From: Snowella sp. | GTDB lineage: Bacteria; Cyanobacteriota; Cyanobacteriia; Cyanobacteriales; Microcystaceae | Direction: 5' to 3' | DNA: 51,561 nt | NCBI GenBank assembly: GCA_035285545.1 | Contig: JAYKGY010000018.1 | Coordinates: 1-51,561, forward strand | Part shown: positions 51,335 through 51,561 of the stretch, in pieces | Numbering within the stretch: position 1 is the stretch's first letter | How the letters are laid out: each line of letters starts with the position of its first letter | Translations under genes and position numbers: made by a program | The notes under the pieces: model-generated | The model's database searches: none | What the model was told of the DNA's origin: nothing | What the model saw: only the letters and a program-made list of their open reading frames with translations

Positions 51335-51559
51335 TTACATCGCAACAGCCCCACCAGAATAGGGTAAACCCACCCAGCCAGTGGCACTAGTACCATTCAT
51401 AGTGTAAAAACCACTCCAACCTTGAGAGGCATTGGACATCAAAATATCCGTATTGCCATCTTTGTTGAAATCACCTGAACTATTATTGGCATAGGAAGTT
51501 GTTAAGGTATAATCCCATGCTAAGTTCGATAGATTCCAAATTTGAACAAATCCGCGTCC
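51335..51559 (-). CDS. C-terminus of an FG-GAP/VCBS repeat protein (5' part outside the window)
   Basis: Manual translation: ...SSGDFNKDGNTDILMSNASQGWSGFYTMNG...AM*, with the stop at 51335. Confidence 0.75.
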   Translation of the reverse strand, partial: GRGFVQIWNLSNLAWDYTLTTSYANNSSGDFNKDGNTDILMSNASQGWSGFYTMNGTSATGWVGLPYSGGAVAM

Positions 51560-51561
51560 TA

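Overview
Chromosomal window from a unicellular cyanobacterium. HIP1 GCGATCGC octamers are dense (roughly 50 by eye) and the ccmP and tig-clpP-clpX / asd-dapA-rnj layout is Synechocystis-like; a Merismopediaceae/Coelosphaeriaceae-type organism is inferred. Most of the window is housekeeping: trmFO, rnz, miaA, miaB, tRNA-Pro(GGG), cysE, clpPX, tig, asd, dapA, rnj, ndbB, gatD, moeB and galE. It also carries a multi-PAS kinase with a REC-GGDEF-EAL partner, an atypical Amt, two TA-like pairs (one toxin broken by a nonsense codon), IS4 and IS1 remnants, a heptamer tandem array and the end of a polysaccharide cluster. The best candidate for an undescribed system is the small basic ORF at 2347-2580. 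It has a KGKGGS motif and a strand-specific intrinsic terminator inside its coding sequence, so it is predicted to make a nonstop mRNA, the same design as the ribosome-rescue factors ArfA and BrfA. Other leads are an Amt lacking both Phe-gate residues, a GT-B glycosyltransferase split over two genes, a structured HEARO/omegaRNA-like element at about 50.86-51.15 kb and a structured leader before asd. All calls were made by eye and no searches were run.
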